From positions 1,912-65,911 of IMG/VR virus record IMGVR_UViG_3300007735_000777: a stretch of 64,000 bases of DNA; one strand, 5' to 3'. The DNA comes from a virus. Taxonomy: Duplodnaviria > Caudoviricetes. The notes under the pieces are model-generated. The model saw only the letters and a list, made by a program, of their open reading frames with translations. It did no database searches and was not told the origin of the DNA. The position numbers and the translations under genes are program-made. Position 1 is the first letter of the stretch, and each line of letters starts with the position of its first letter. This document shows positions 1 to 9,454 of the stretch, piece by piece.

Positions 1-2
1 GC

Positions 3-299
3 CCAGATCTTCAAGATTTTATTTTTGAAGCAAAGCCCGGTAAGTATTTATCCCCGCACACCGATCATTTACCAAGTTTAAAAGAAATCAATTACATGCA
101 CTTTAGGGCAAATTGGGTTATTCAAGCGCCAGAAAATGATGTTTTTATATTTGGGAATGACGGTGATTTGTATAAAATTGAAGAAAACAAATTTTATTTG
201 ATAGATGCACTTAAACCGCATGGAATTTCAAAGATAAAGGGAGAAAAGTCTTTGTTGCTTTATTCATTTGGTTTTATAAAAAAGGATAACAATGTGTGA
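3..299 (+). CDS. 2OG-Fe(II) oxygenase-like protein, 5'-truncated
   Basis: Frame is open from base 3 (PDLQDF...SPHTD...KPHGI). HxD...H iron-binding triad of the DSBH fold. Confidence 0.6.
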   Translation, partial: PDLQDFIFEAKPGKYLSPHTDHLPSLKEINYMHFRANWVIQAPENDVFIFGNDGDLYKIEENKFYLIDALKPHGISKIKGEKSLLLYSFGFIKKDNNV

Positions 300-1404
300 C
301 CAACTCAGCCAATTTGTTGTTGAAAAATATGTCCACCTCAAGGACTTCCTTGACAAGGACAACTGCCGTGAATTGACCAACGAACTCAAGCGTCTGGTTG
401 CAGAACAGAAGACTGTCAAAGACGATCAATGCCCGATATCTGAATCCGTGCATGGCGCTATGGTTTTTGACAGCCTATTGGTTCAACTGTTGCCGCATTT
501 TGAGCGTGCCTCTGGCAAGCGTTTACATCCAACATACAGCTACGCCCGTTTATACGCGCCCGGCGAAGAGTTGGTCATCCACACCGACCGTGAATCTTGC
601 GAGATCAGTGCCACCTTGACTCTTGGTTTTGATGGTGACGTATGGCCCATCTACATGGGCGACGAAGGCAAAGCAAACGCATCAGAAATCAAAATGGCTG
701 TGGGCGATGCCGTCATGTACCGTGGCATGGACAAGCACCACTGGCGTGAAAAGTACACCGAAGGCAAATGGCAGGCGCAGGTATTTCTGCACTACGTCGA
801 TGCTGACGGCCCGCACAAAGAATGGAAGTTCGACAAGCGCCCCGGTTTAAACCTGCCGCAAGAAGAACTGCGCTACCGTGTGTTTCAGGATGTCCTGACA
901 CCTGAAGCCTGCGACATGTTGATTAAGCTGTACACCAGCGACAAAACAGAAAAGCAACCGCCCGTAATTGGCACAGGAGAAGGCGCAATTGACAAGTCCA
1001 TCCGCAATGTTGAGCGTGTGATGCTGCCGACCTACAAAGATATTGGCGGTCGTCTGGCGGCTGTTGGTATGGCAGCAAACCATGCCGCATGGCAGTTTGA
1101 CATTACCCATTCCAACCAAGCAGAGTTCTTGATCTACCCCGCAGGCGGACGCTACCAAGCGCATGTTGACACGTTCTTAAAGCACGGCGAAGATTGCCGC
1201 AAGCTGACAGTGCTGGCCTTCCTGAACGACGACTTCAAGGGTGGCAAGTTCTTCATCCAAGACGGTCAAAACAAACATTACCCACCACAGACCAAAGGCA
1301 CAATTTTGGTGTTTCCATCGTTCATCATGCACGGCGTGGAAGACATTGAAGAAGGTGAGCGTTGCTCCGTTGTGTGCTGGATGGTCGGTAAATTCTTCAA
1401 ATAA
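292..1404 (+). CDS. Tandem two-domain 2OG-Fe(II) oxygenase (prolyl-4-hydroxylase-like)
   Basis: Two HxD...H sets: YARLY..HTDR..HWR and HVD..RKLT..GG.F..FPSF.MHGV..GER.S. Confidence 0.85.
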   Translation: MCDQLSQFVVEKYVHLKDFLDKDNCRELTNELKRLVAEQKTVKDDQCPISESVHGAMVFDSLLVQLLPHFERASGKRLHPTYSYARLYAPGEELVIHTDRESCEISATLTLGFDGDVWPIYMGDEGKANASEIKMAVGDAVMYRGMDKHHWREKYTEGKWQAQVFLHYVDADGPHKEWKFDKRPGLNLPQEELRYRVFQDVLTPEACDMLIKLYTSDKTEKQPPVIGTGEGAIDKSIRNVERVMLPTYKDIGGRLAAVGMAANHAAWQFDITHSNQAEFLIYPAGGRYQAHVDTFLKHGEDCRKLTVLAFLNDDFKGGKFFIQDGQNKHYPPQTKGTILVFPSFIMHGVEDIEEGERCSVVCWMVGKFFK

Positions 1405-1413
1405 GGAGTTGAT

Positions 1414-2115
1414 ATGGCAACAACAATCAGCGGCGGCGCAACGGGTGTAAATACCGCAGCAGCCACAGTAGGCCCGGCAGGCATCACCTTTGGGGATTCA
1501 ACAGTTCAGACTACTGCGGCTGTGACGGCTCCGGGCATTCCTGTTTTAAACGTCTACACCTCGCCCGGTACTTGGACAAAACCAGCAACAGTAAAAGCAA
1601 TTAAAGTCACTGTTGTTGGTGGAGGTGGCGCTGGTGGTGGTGTACCCGGTAATCCGACTGGGGCTAGTGCTGCTGGTGGTGGTGGTGGTGGAACTTCTAT
1701 ATTTATTTATCCAGCACCATCATTACCGGCAAGCGCAATTCCTTATACAGTAGGCGCAGCGGCGGCAAGTTCATCTTTTGGCGCTGCACCGTTAACGGTT
1801 ATCACAGCAACGGGAGGCGCTACTTCTGCTTCCGCAATATCTGGAACGGCTGGGAGTGGAGGAATTGGGAGCGGAGGAACATTAAATATTGGCGGCGGAG
1901 GCGGCGGTTCAGCCGGAAATCCTACAGGATTTGGTGGGAATGGTGGAAGCTCTATGTTTGGTGGTGGTGGCGCGGCTAGTCAAGGGGCTACTAACGGTAA
2001 TGCAGGACAGGTATATGGCGGCGGAGGCGGCGGCGCTTCAAAAGCAGCTAACACCGCTAGTTTTTCTGGCGGCGCAGGCGCTCAAGGTGTAGTTATTGTT
2101 GAGGAGTTTTACTGA
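1414..2115 (+). CDS. Glycine-rich tail fibre protein
   Basis: GITFGDSTVQTTA N-terminus, YTSPGTWTKP..VVGGGG, C-terminal GAQGVVIVEEFY; AAGGAG SD. Confidence 0.75.
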   Translation: MATTISGGATGVNTAAATVGPAGITFGDSTVQTTAAVTAPGIPVLNVYTSPGTWTKPATVKAIKVTVVGGGGAGGGVPGNPTGASAAGGGGGGTSIFIYPAPSLPASAIPYTVGAAAASSSFGAAPLTVITATGGATSASAISGTAGSGGIGSGGTLNIGGGGGGSAGNPTGFGGNGGSSMFGGGGAASQGATNGNAGQVYGGGGGGASKAANTASFSGGAGAQGVVIVEEFY

Positions 2116-2318
2116 TGAAAGAAGCATTGATTTCAACTATTGAACCCCGTGAAACGGGCTATCGTGTGGCTCAGGTTGTCGCAGAGGGTGAAACATTCCC
2201 TGTGGCTCCTGCATTGTTCTGGACACCATGTGCAGATGATGTTGTGGCAGATCAGTTCTGGTACGACCCGTCTGACCAACAGATCAAGCCAATTCCGCAG
2301 CCTGAACCGACTGTTTAA
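2115..2318 (+). CDS. Small tail-fibre-associated protein
   Basis: TGATG-coupled to the Gly-rich fibre gene; function inferred from position. Confidence 0.6.
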   Translation: MKEALISTIEPRETGYRVAQVVAEGETFPVAPALFWTPCADDVVADQFWYDPSDQQIKPIPQPEPTV

Positions 2319-2320
2319 AC

Positions 2321-3016
2321 ATTGACCCGATCAGCCTTCTCTTTGCTGCAAATGCTTGCGTTGCCGCCATCAAAGAAGGTTGCGAGCTATACAAGCAGGC
2401 TAAGACATCTTTCATGGAGGTCAAGGCAACGGTTGACGAGGCTGTTGGAATTGCACAGGAGGTATATGGCTTTTGGGGCAAGCTGGCAAGTATGTTTGGC
2501 GGTACGCCAAAGCCGACCCAAAGCAAGCCTGTGGCGAAAAAGAAGGAGAAGTTCGTTGCCGTCGATGAAACCAAAGTCATGGTCGATGTCGTCAAGCAAC
2601 TCACTGAGTTCTTCAAGATTCAAGAACAGTTAGCAGCACACATTCGGGAGGAAGAAGAGAAGTCCAGAAACGTCTACGAGCCTGACCAGAACCAAATGGA
2701 AGCCGCACTGAAGCGGGTCATGGCGATGGATCAGATGGCGGAACTGGAAGTGACGATCAGGGAAACGATGGTGTACCAAAGCCCTCCTGAGATGGGTGCG
2801 CTGTACAGCAAGGTGTTTGAGATGCGGGATGTCATCGCCGCTGAACAAGAAGCTGCCAGACTGGCGCAGGAACAGCGGGAGAAGAGGCTCAGATGGCAAC
2901 GTCACCAAAGGCAGGCAGACCGAAACCTCAAAGCCGGAGCAGCCGTCCTAACCCTGATCCTTATCGCATACCTGTGGACATGGTTCCTCTGGTTGAGTCA
3001 ACTGAGGAAAGCATAA
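2321..3016 (+). CDS. Coiled-coil protein with C-terminal TM helix; possible ATT start (track start 2414)
   Basis: In-frame extension (I/M)DPISLLFAANACVAAIKEGC from ATT at 2321, bounded by in-frame TGA at 2303; hydrophobic C-terminus. Confidence 0.7.
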   Translation: MDPISLLFAANACVAAIKEGCELYKQAKTSFMEVKATVDEAVGIAQEVYGFWGKLASMFGGTPKPTQSKPVAKKKEKFVAVDETKVMVDVVKQLTEFFKIQEQLAAHIREEEEKSRNVYEPDQNQMEAALKRVMAMDQMAELEVTIRETMVYQSPPEMGALYSKVFEMRDVIAAEQEAARLAQEQREKRLRWQRHQRQADRNLKAGAAVLTLILIAYLWTWFLWLSQLRKA

Positions 3017-3276
3017 TGGGTGTGTTGGGATGGGTTGCTGCTGTTGTTCTGGTTGCGCTGATGCTGCCATTGCTTGCGTTCCTGTACTTGGATGTGCTGG
3101 AAACCAAACACGAAGCCAAAGCGCAGATGGAGAAGGTCGAAAAGCTACGCCGGGAAATTGAGAGGAAGAACCGTGATAAAGAGCCTACTAATTTTGATGA
3201 CAATCCTGTTTTTGACAGGGTGCGAAGACCGCTTTCGCTACCCTTGCCAAAATCCAAAGAACTGGGAGAACCCTGA
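3016..3276 (+). CDS. Membrane-anchored coiled-coil protein (i-spanin-like)
   Basis: TAATG overlap gives start MGVLGW; N-terminal TM then coiled coil. Confidence 0.55.
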   Translation: MGVLGWVAAVVLVALMLPLLAFLYLDVLETKHEAKAQMEKVEKLRREIERKNRDKEPTNFDDNPVFDRVRRPLSLPLPKSKELGEP

Positions 3277-3346
3277 GTGCAAGCCCCCTATTTGCACTGC
3301 GACAGGAACTTGCCCTGAACAACTCATCGCACCGGAGAAAAAATAA
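3173..3346 (+). CDS. Small Cys-rich lipoprotein
   Basis: GTG start, signal MIKSLLILMTILF, lipobox LTGC, four further Cys; overlaps the previous gene in another frame. Confidence 0.7.
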   Translation: MIKSLLILMTILFLTGCEDRFRYPCQNPKNWENPECKPPICTATGTCPEQLIAPEKK

Positions 3347-3669
3347 TGCCGACCATCGTTCGTAACAACTCCAACCGCCTGACCGCAGAAGAAATTGAAG
3401 TCCGTGTCTGGGCTTTTGTCATTGTGGTTTTGGTCACCATCCTGCTTGGCGCAATGGCGATGTTTTTGTATTCTGTGACATACGTGACTCAGCCAATGAA
3501 CGGGCAGATGGCGGCGATTGATAAGGTTTACACAAGCCAGATTTCCACCATCATGGTGTTCATTACCGGCGTACTGGGCGGTGTAGCAGGCAGATCGGGC
3601 ATCAAAGCTGTAGCCAATGCAGTCGCCAGTGCGCAGTCAACCGACATTGATGAGCCGCCCAAGCCATGA
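3346..3669 (+). CDS. Two-TM membrane protein, holin-like
   Basis: Two hydrophobic segments; lies in the lysis cluster. Confidence 0.6.
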   Translation: MPTIVRNNSNRLTAEEIEVRVWAFVIVVLVTILLGAMAMFLYSVTYVTQPMNGQMAAIDKVYTSQISTIMVFITGVLGGVAGRSGIKAVANAVASAQSTDIDEPPKP

Positions 3670-4127
3670 GCTTGTTCAACCCTTACGTCCTGCTTGGCAT
3701 CGTCTTGACGATGCTTCCTGCCTTTGGCGGCGGGTACTGGAAGGGCAAGCATGATGAGAACACCCGTCAGCAGATTGAAATTGCTGCTGCAAACGCCAAG
3801 GCCAGAGAAACAGAACAAAACATGGCGGTGGTCGCCAACACCTACGCCACAACCTTGAGGAATGCGCAAAATGCTGCAAGAGCTAAAGAAACTAAGTTAC
3901 GGGCTGATGCTGCCACTGGTGCTTTGCGCCTGTCAATCCCCACCCAAGCCCCCGTATGTCCCACCGCAGATACCGCCCCTGCCGCCGGAGATAGCCGAGA
4001 AACAAGAGCCGAACTTGACAGATCGGTTGCTGAAGCTCTTATCGCCATCACAGCAGACGGAGACGCAGCCATCCGCAAGCTCAACGCCTGTATCGACACC
4101 TACGAAAAAATGAGGAGCATGAAATGA
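3666..4127 (+). CDS. Rz-like inner-membrane spanin
   Basis: N-terminal TM, Ala-rich coiled coil, GALRLSIP and GDAAIRKLNACI Rz-type motifs. Confidence 0.8.
   Translation: MSLFNPYVLLGIVLTMLPAFGGGYWKGKHDENTRQQIEIAAANAKARETEQNMAVVANTYATTLRNAQNAARAKETKLRADAATGALRLSIPTQAPVCPTADTAPAAGDSRETRAELDRSVAEALIAITADGDAAIRKLNACIDTYEKMRSMK
3862..4113 (+). CDS. Rz1-like outer-membrane spanin embedded in Rz
   Basis: +1 frame inside Rz; lipobox LCAC followed by a Pro-rich tract. Confidence 0.7.
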   Translation: MRKMLQELKKLSYGLMLPLVLCACQSPPKPPYVPPQIPPLPPEIAEKQEPNLTDRLLKLLSPSQQTETQPSASSTPVSTPTKK

Positions 4128-4588
4128 ACCTGACAGCCAACTTTTCCCTGCACGAATTAACCAAATCCGAAACTGCCCTGCGCATGGGCTTGGACAATAC
4201 CCCCGGCCCAGTGGAGACTGAGCATCTCAAGATACTGGCTGAGCGTGTTCTCCAGCCTGTGCGTGACCATTACGGCAAGGGTGTCAAGGTGAACTCAGGC
4301 TACCGCAGTCCTGAATCCAATGCCGCCGTGGGCGGAAGTCGTACCTCAGACCATTGCAAGGGCCAAGCAGCCGACATTGAAATCCCCGGCGTACCCAACG
4401 CCGAGCTTGCTCAGTGGATCATGGATAACTTAGAATACACCCAACTCATCCTTGAGTTTTACACCCCCGGCATCCCTGACAGCGGCTGGGTGCATGTCTC
4501 ATACGACCCAGACAATCTGAAGAAGCAGGAATTGACTGCAATGAAGGTGGCTGGTAAAACGCAGTATGTTCCCGGACTTGTAGCCTGA
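4124..4588 (+). CDS. Endolysin, peptidase M15A family
   Basis: NFSLHEL, SGYRS..N.AVGG..TSDHCKGQAAD, WVHVS zinc-peptidase motifs. Confidence 0.9.
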   Translation: MNLTANFSLHELTKSETALRMGLDNTPGPVETEHLKILAERVLQPVRDHYGKGVKVNSGYRSPESNAAVGGSRTSDHCKGQAADIEIPGVPNAELAQWIMDNLEYTQLILEFYTPGIPDSGWVHVSYDPDNLKKQELTAMKVAGKTQYVPGLVA

Positions 4589-4592
4589 TGCC

Positions 4593-6965
4593 ATGCCATT
4601 ACAAAAAGTACTGTTTAAACCCGGTGTAAACAAAGAAAACACCCGATACACCAATGAGGGTGGCTGGTATGACTGCGACAAAATTCGCTTTCGTCAAGGC
4701 ACGCCTGAAAAGATTGGTGGCTGGACTCGGATTTCTTCTTACACCTACGTTGGCCCGTGCAGATCATTGTGGTCTTGGGCTTCTCTCTCCAGTATTGTCT
4801 ATATTGGAGTAGGCACGTACTTGAAGTTTTACATTGAGCAGGGCGGGGCGTACAACGACATTACCCCAATTCGTGACTATGGCACGGGGCTGAGTGGCCC
4901 ATTTGCCGCCACTGCAAACTCAACCACTGTAACCGTGACGGACGCATCACATGGTGCGCTGGATGGAGACTACGTCACTTTCTTTGGTGCTGTAGCACTC
5001 AGCACGCAGACGTTTACACGCACGACAGCAACCAACTTTGCCCTGACAACCGCGCTTGCAGCCAACACTCCTGTGGTGCTTACCGTGTCGTCTGGCGGCT
5101 CCTTGCCGACTGGATTGATTACCGGCTATCAGTACTACATCAAAGTTGTGTCTGGCACGACAGTGCAGTTTGCCAACGTGCCAAACGGTGCGGCAGTCAG
5201 TACATCAACGGCTGGCTCCGGCACGTTCTCGCTGTATGTAAACAGCGGCCTGACAGCAGATGTGTTGAACCAAACATTTGCTGTTACGGTTATTGATGGC
5301 AACACATACACCATCACTACACCAGTGGCGGCAGGAACATACGACACAGGCAATGGCGGCACAGTCAACGCCTACTATGAAATCCACATTGGCTCAGACA
5401 ATGCCCAGCCTATTACTGGCTGGGGTACAGGCACATGGGGTTCATATTCATGGGGTACTGGGCAGTCTGGCACTGCTGCGGCGCGGCTTTGGTATCAAAA
5501 CAATTTTGGTCAAGACTTGGTATTTGGCTACCGTGGTGGCCCCTTGTATTACTGGAATGCGTACATTGGCACACAGCCAAAATCTTTCACAATCACAATC
5601 GCAGCACCCGGTGTTGTGACGCTTGGCAGCGGGTCATTGATCGACGGCACAGCCGTTGTCTTGGAATCCACCGGCTCTTTGCCGACTGGCCTGACCATTG
5701 GCACAACCTATTACACCGGCGGCGCTTCCGGTAGCACTTGCAAGCTGGCAACGTCCTACGCAAATGCGTTGGCTGGCACATTCATCACAACCTCTGGCTC
5801 GCAGTCTGGCACACATTACATTCTGCCCAATGGCATCCCCGTGACTTCACTGGGCGGCGCGTCCGATGTTCCGGCCTACGTAAATTTCATGATGGTGTCT
5901 GATGCCAGCCGGTTCACGATTGCCTTTGGCTGCACGCCTTACGGCGGCGGAGATTTAGACCCAATGTTGATTCGCTGGTCTGACCAAGAATCTGTGGTGA
6001 ACTGGACTCCTGCGGTGACCAATCAGGCTGGTTATGTTCGACTGTCGCATGGCTCTCAAATCCTGACGGCAGTTCAGGCTCGTCAAGAGATTGTGGTCTT
6101 CACCGACACTTCCATCTATTCAATGCAGTACCTTGGCCCACCGTATATCTGGGGTACACAGCTTTTGGGTGACAACGTGTCCATAGCCGGATACAACACC
6201 GCCATCATTGCGTCTGGTGTCATCTACTGGATGGGCGTGGACAAGTTTTACAAATACGATGGTCGGGTTGCCACCCTCCGCTGCGACTTGCGCCAGTTCA
6301 TCTACGGCGACATCAATCTTGACCAGCAGGTTCAGTTCTTTGCTGGAACAAACGAAGGCTTCAATGAAGTCTGGTGGTTTTATTGCACAGCAAACTCTAC
6401 GGTCATCGACCGGTATGTTGTGTACAACTACGCCGAGGACATCTGGTACTACGGCTCAATGGGTCGCACGGCTTGGTTGGACTCTGGCCTGACCAACTAC
6501 CCGTTGGCAGCAACGTACAACTACAATTTGGTGTTCCATGAAAATGGAATTGATGACAATGCCACTGGCACAACTCAAGCGATTGAGGCATACATCACAT
6601 CATCGCAGTACGACATTGGTGACGGACACAACTTTGGGTTTGTCTGGCGCATCGTGCCTGACCTTACCTTCCGTGGGTCATCTACTACAGGGGAAACCCC
6701 GCAAGTCACTATGCAGTTGCTTCCTCTCCAGAATTCTGGATCAGGCTACAACAACCCAGTGGAATCAGCCAACCAGTCGGTTGGCGGGGTGAGCTACGCC
6801 AACGTAGATCGTGTTGGCACATACACCGTGGATCAGTTCACTGGACAGGTTTACACGCGAGTGCGTGGTCGTCAGATGGCGATGAAGATTTCATCCAATC
6901 GTATTGGTACAACATGGCAGCTTGGTGCGCCTCGTATTGATATTCGTCCTGACGGTAGACGCTGA
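4593..6965 (+). CDS. Tail tube/nozzle (stabilisation) protein with inserted beta modules
   Basis: FKPGVNKE N-terminus, IRWSDQE, C-terminal RVRGRQ...RPDGRR; position before the ejection genes. Confidence 0.7.
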   Translation: MPLQKVLFKPGVNKENTRYTNEGGWYDCDKIRFRQGTPEKIGGWTRISSYTYVGPCRSLWSWASLSSIVYIGVGTYLKFYIEQGGAYNDITPIRDYGTGLSGPFAATANSTTVTVTDASHGALDGDYVTFFGAVALSTQTFTRTTATNFALTTALAANTPVVLTVSSGGSLPTGLITGYQYYIKVVSGTTVQFANVPNGAAVSTSTAGSGTFSLYVNSGLTADVLNQTFAVTVIDGNTYTITTPVAAGTYDTGNGGTVNAYYEIHIGSDNAQPITGWGTGTWGSYSWGTGQSGTAAARLWYQNNFGQDLVFGYRGGPLYYWNAYIGTQPKSFTITIAAPGVVTLGSGSLIDGTAVVLESTGSLPTGLTIGTTYYTGGASGSTCKLATSYANALAGTFITTSGSQSGTHYILPNGIPVTSLGGASDVPAYVNFMMVSDASRFTIAFGCTPYGGGDLDPMLIRWSDQESVVNWTPAVTNQAGYVRLSHGSQILTAVQARQEIVVFTDTSIYSMQYLGPPYIWGTQLLGDNVSIAGYNTAIIASGVIYWMGVDKFYKYDGRVATLRCDLRQFIYGDINLDQQVQFFAGTNEGFNEVWWFYCTANSTVIDRYVVYNYAEDIWYYGSMGRTAWLDSGLTNYPLAATYNYNLVFHENGIDDNATGTTQAIEAYITSSQYDIGDGHNFGFVWRIVPDLTFRGSSTTGETPQVTMQLLPLQNSGSGYNNPVESANQSVGGVSYANVDRVGTYTVDQFTGQVYTRVRGRQMAMKISSNRIGTTWQLGAPRIDIRPDGRR

Positions 6966-7636
6966 TGGCTACCTTTGATCCCAAAGTAACTGACTTCCGC
7001 AACCCGGTAGCGCCAAACCTGCCACTTGCACCGGGGGAGTATGAACGTCAGTTTCAAGATCAGTTTGAGAATATTCTGCGGCTGTACTTTAATCAGCTTG
7101 ATAACGCCTTTGGCTCTTTGCTTGGCCCGACCGGCGGCAAGTACCTGAAGTTCCCGTATGGCGCGTTCTCCAGCGATCAATCACAGACCACCACGGCAAA
7201 TACAGCTACGCTGATGACTCTGAACACCACGGACTTTTCCAATGGCGTTTCAATCACTTCGTCCAAAATCACAGTCGCCAACGCAGGTATATACAACTTG
7301 CAGTTTTCAGCGCAATTACAGTCAACAGATGTTGCCCCACAGGACATTTATATTTGGTTGCGTCAGGGTAATGATGGGGGTTCTTCCGCAGATATTACGG
7401 GTTCAACCGGAAAGGTAGGCTTGCCTGCTAGAAAAACTCCAACAGACCCATTCCATGACATCAAAGGCTGGAACTACTTCCTCTCTATGAATGCCAACGA
7501 CTACGTCCAAATCTACTGGTCAACTACCAGCGCTAACGTGTCAATCCAGTATTACGCCGCCTCTGGAAGTCCGACAAAGCCTTCCACCCAGTCGGTGGTT
7601 GCCACGCTTTCCTTCGTCTCAAGACTACCCACATGA
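6965..7636 (+). CDS. Tail-associated virion protein
   Basis: PNLPLAP.EY...LRLYFNQLD N-terminus and a beta-sandwich C-terminus (GIYNLQFSAQL). Confidence 0.65.
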   Translation: MATFDPKVTDFRNPVAPNLPLAPGEYERQFQDQFENILRLYFNQLDNAFGSLLGPTGGKYLKFPYGAFSSDQSQTTTANTATLMTLNTTDFSNGVSITSSKITVANAGIYNLQFSAQLQSTDVAPQDIYIWLRQGNDGGSSADITGSTGKVGLPARKTPTDPFHDIKGWNYFLSMNANDYVQIYWSTTSANVSIQYYAASGSPTKPSTQSVVATLSFVSRLPT

Positions 7637-7681
7637 ACCTGAAAATGGTACTATCAACCACCCCGTTTAAATGAGGCAAAA

Positions 7682-9454
7682 ATGAGTCTCCAGCTTGCTG
7701 CCCAACACATTCAACAGCATGGACGCAATGGCGACTCCATGCTTGTCCACATGTCCCCCAAGGAAGTCAAAAGCCTGAATGACTTGGCGATGGCTCATGG
7801 CGGTCAACTGTCAATCAATCCGCATACGGGTTTACCCGAAGCAGGCTTTCTTTCTTCAATCCTACCAATGGTCGCGGGTTTTGCACTTGGCCCTGCTGGA
7901 TTTGGTCTTTCTCAGATGGAAGCAAGTTTGGCCAGCGGCGCATTAAGTATGGCCTTGAACCCCGGCGGCGGGTTGATGGGTGGTTTGATGGCGGGTGTGG
8001 GCGCATACGGCGGTGCTGGTCTGGGGCAATCATTGGCTCAACAAGGTATGCAGGCCGAAGCACAGGCCGCACAGCAAGCAGCGGAAGCCGCTAAATTACC
8101 TCAGTCAATTATCACTCAAGCACCGATGGCACAGGCTGCTACAGGGGCAAACCCAACTTTATTGTCTAGCTTAGGAATGCCGCCGGATGCTACACAGTCT
8201 GTTTTGGCAAATGTAAAACCAGTATCAGAAGCCATTACTGCTTCTTACCCCTCATCTGCTTTGAATTTAGGCGCTCCAATAACAGCGTCAAATACATTGG
8301 TTAGCGACCTCACCCCTATGCAAAACGCTAATTATGCTCTTCAAGGAGTTAAAACGCTTGGAACAAAAGAAGGTTGGAGCCAATTAGCAGATAACGCAGG
8401 CGGTGTGGGGCAGTTGGCTAAATATGGGCTTTCTGCGGCGGCTCCTGTAATTGCTGACGCATCGCGTAAAACTGTACCTACTCAAGAAGAAGATAAAGAC
8501 ATGGGGCAGCGGTACACATTTGCTTATAACCCTACTAACCCAACACCCACAGCAGATATATACGGGCGTGAGCAACGGTACTTTAAACCTCAGTACACCC
8601 CAGTAAGTAACCAGACAGCCAAAAACATTTTTGGTTTTGCTTCTGGTGGTTTAGCTGAGCCGGGAACTCCCACACAGTATTCCTACGACCCTACAGCGCA
8701 AACATACGACAGGATTGATACTCCAGCAAGTACTCAGCCTAGGTCAGCAAACCAAGCAAATTACCCCAACGGCGGCGGTAGAGGGCCGGAAGGAAGAACA
8801 GATGCTCAGCAGGCTCAAGCCGAGGCAAATGCTCAAGCTCTTGGCATGGATACGTCAAACCCAATGGGAATGGTTGCTCAGGCTCTCATGGGGCTTACAC
8901 CGCTTGGCCCCGTTATTTCTCTTGCAAAAATGATGGGGTTGACAGGAGAAAATGGTGGGGTGTCTTCTGGAATTGGCCCTTCATCAAGCGCAGGGGAATC
9001 TGCCTCATCAAGCACAGGCTCAGGCAATCAAGCATCAAAAGCAGGGGCAATTGCGGCGGGAACTGGTAATGTTGGCCTTGGCCCCGGCCCCGGCGCAGGT
9101 AATGCTGCTGGCACTCCCGGTGTTGGAGCTAGTGGGTATGCCACCGGCGGTATTTCTGATGCCCAATATAACCTTGGCGGCTACTCAGATGGCGGCAGAT
9201 TGCTGCGCGGCCCCGGAGATGGTGTGTCCGACTCCATTCCCGCAACGATTGGCCACAAACAGCCTGCTCGGTTGGCTGATGGCGAGTTTGTCGTTCCTGC
9301 TCGTATCGTCTCTGAATTAGGCAATGGCTCTACTGACGCTGGGGCGCGTAAACTGTACGCCATGATGGACAGAATTCAGAAGGCTCGCGGCTCCACTGTG
9401 GGTAAAGGTAAAGTTGCAAAGAACAGCAGGGCTGAACAGTATTTGCCAGCATGA
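7682..9454 (+). CDS. Internal virion / DNA ejection protein
   Basis: GRNGDSMLVH..INPHTGLPEA N-terminus, Gly/Ala hydrophobic stretch, C-terminal GPGDGVSDSIPA..DGEFV motif. Confidence 0.7.
   Translation: MSLQLAAQHIQQHGRNGDSMLVHMSPKEVKSLNDLAMAHGGQLSINPHTGLPEAGFLSSILPMVAGFALGPAGFGLSQMEASLASGALSMALNPGGGLMGGLMAGVGAYGGAGLGQSLAQQGMQAEAQAAQQAAEAAKLPQSIITQAPMAQAATGANPTLLSSLGMPPDATQSVLANVKPVSEAITASYPSSALNLGAPITASNTLVSDLTPMQNANYALQGVKTLGTKEGWSQLADNAGGVGQLAKYGLSAAAPVIADASRKTVPTQEEDKDMGQRYTFAYNPTNPTPTADIYGREQRYFKPQYTPVSNQTAKNIFGFASGGLAEPGTPTQYSYDPTAQTYDRIDTPASTQPRSANQANYPNGGGRGPEGRTDAQQAQAEANAQALGMDTSNPMGMVAQALMGLTPLGPVISLAKMMGLTGENGGVSSGIGPSSSAGESASSSTGSGNQASKAGAIAAGTGNVGLGPGPGAGNAAGTPGVGASGYATGGISDAQYNLGGYSDGGRLLRGPGDGVSDSIPATIGHKQPARLADGEFVVPARIVSELGNGSTDAGARKLYAMMDRIQKARGSTVGKGKVAKNSRAEQYLPA

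Noticed and set aside
2893-3015. Track start 2893 for the 127-aa ORF
   Set aside because: It overlaps the previous gene by 124 nt; TAATG coupling at 3016 gives a cleaner start with an N-terminal TM.
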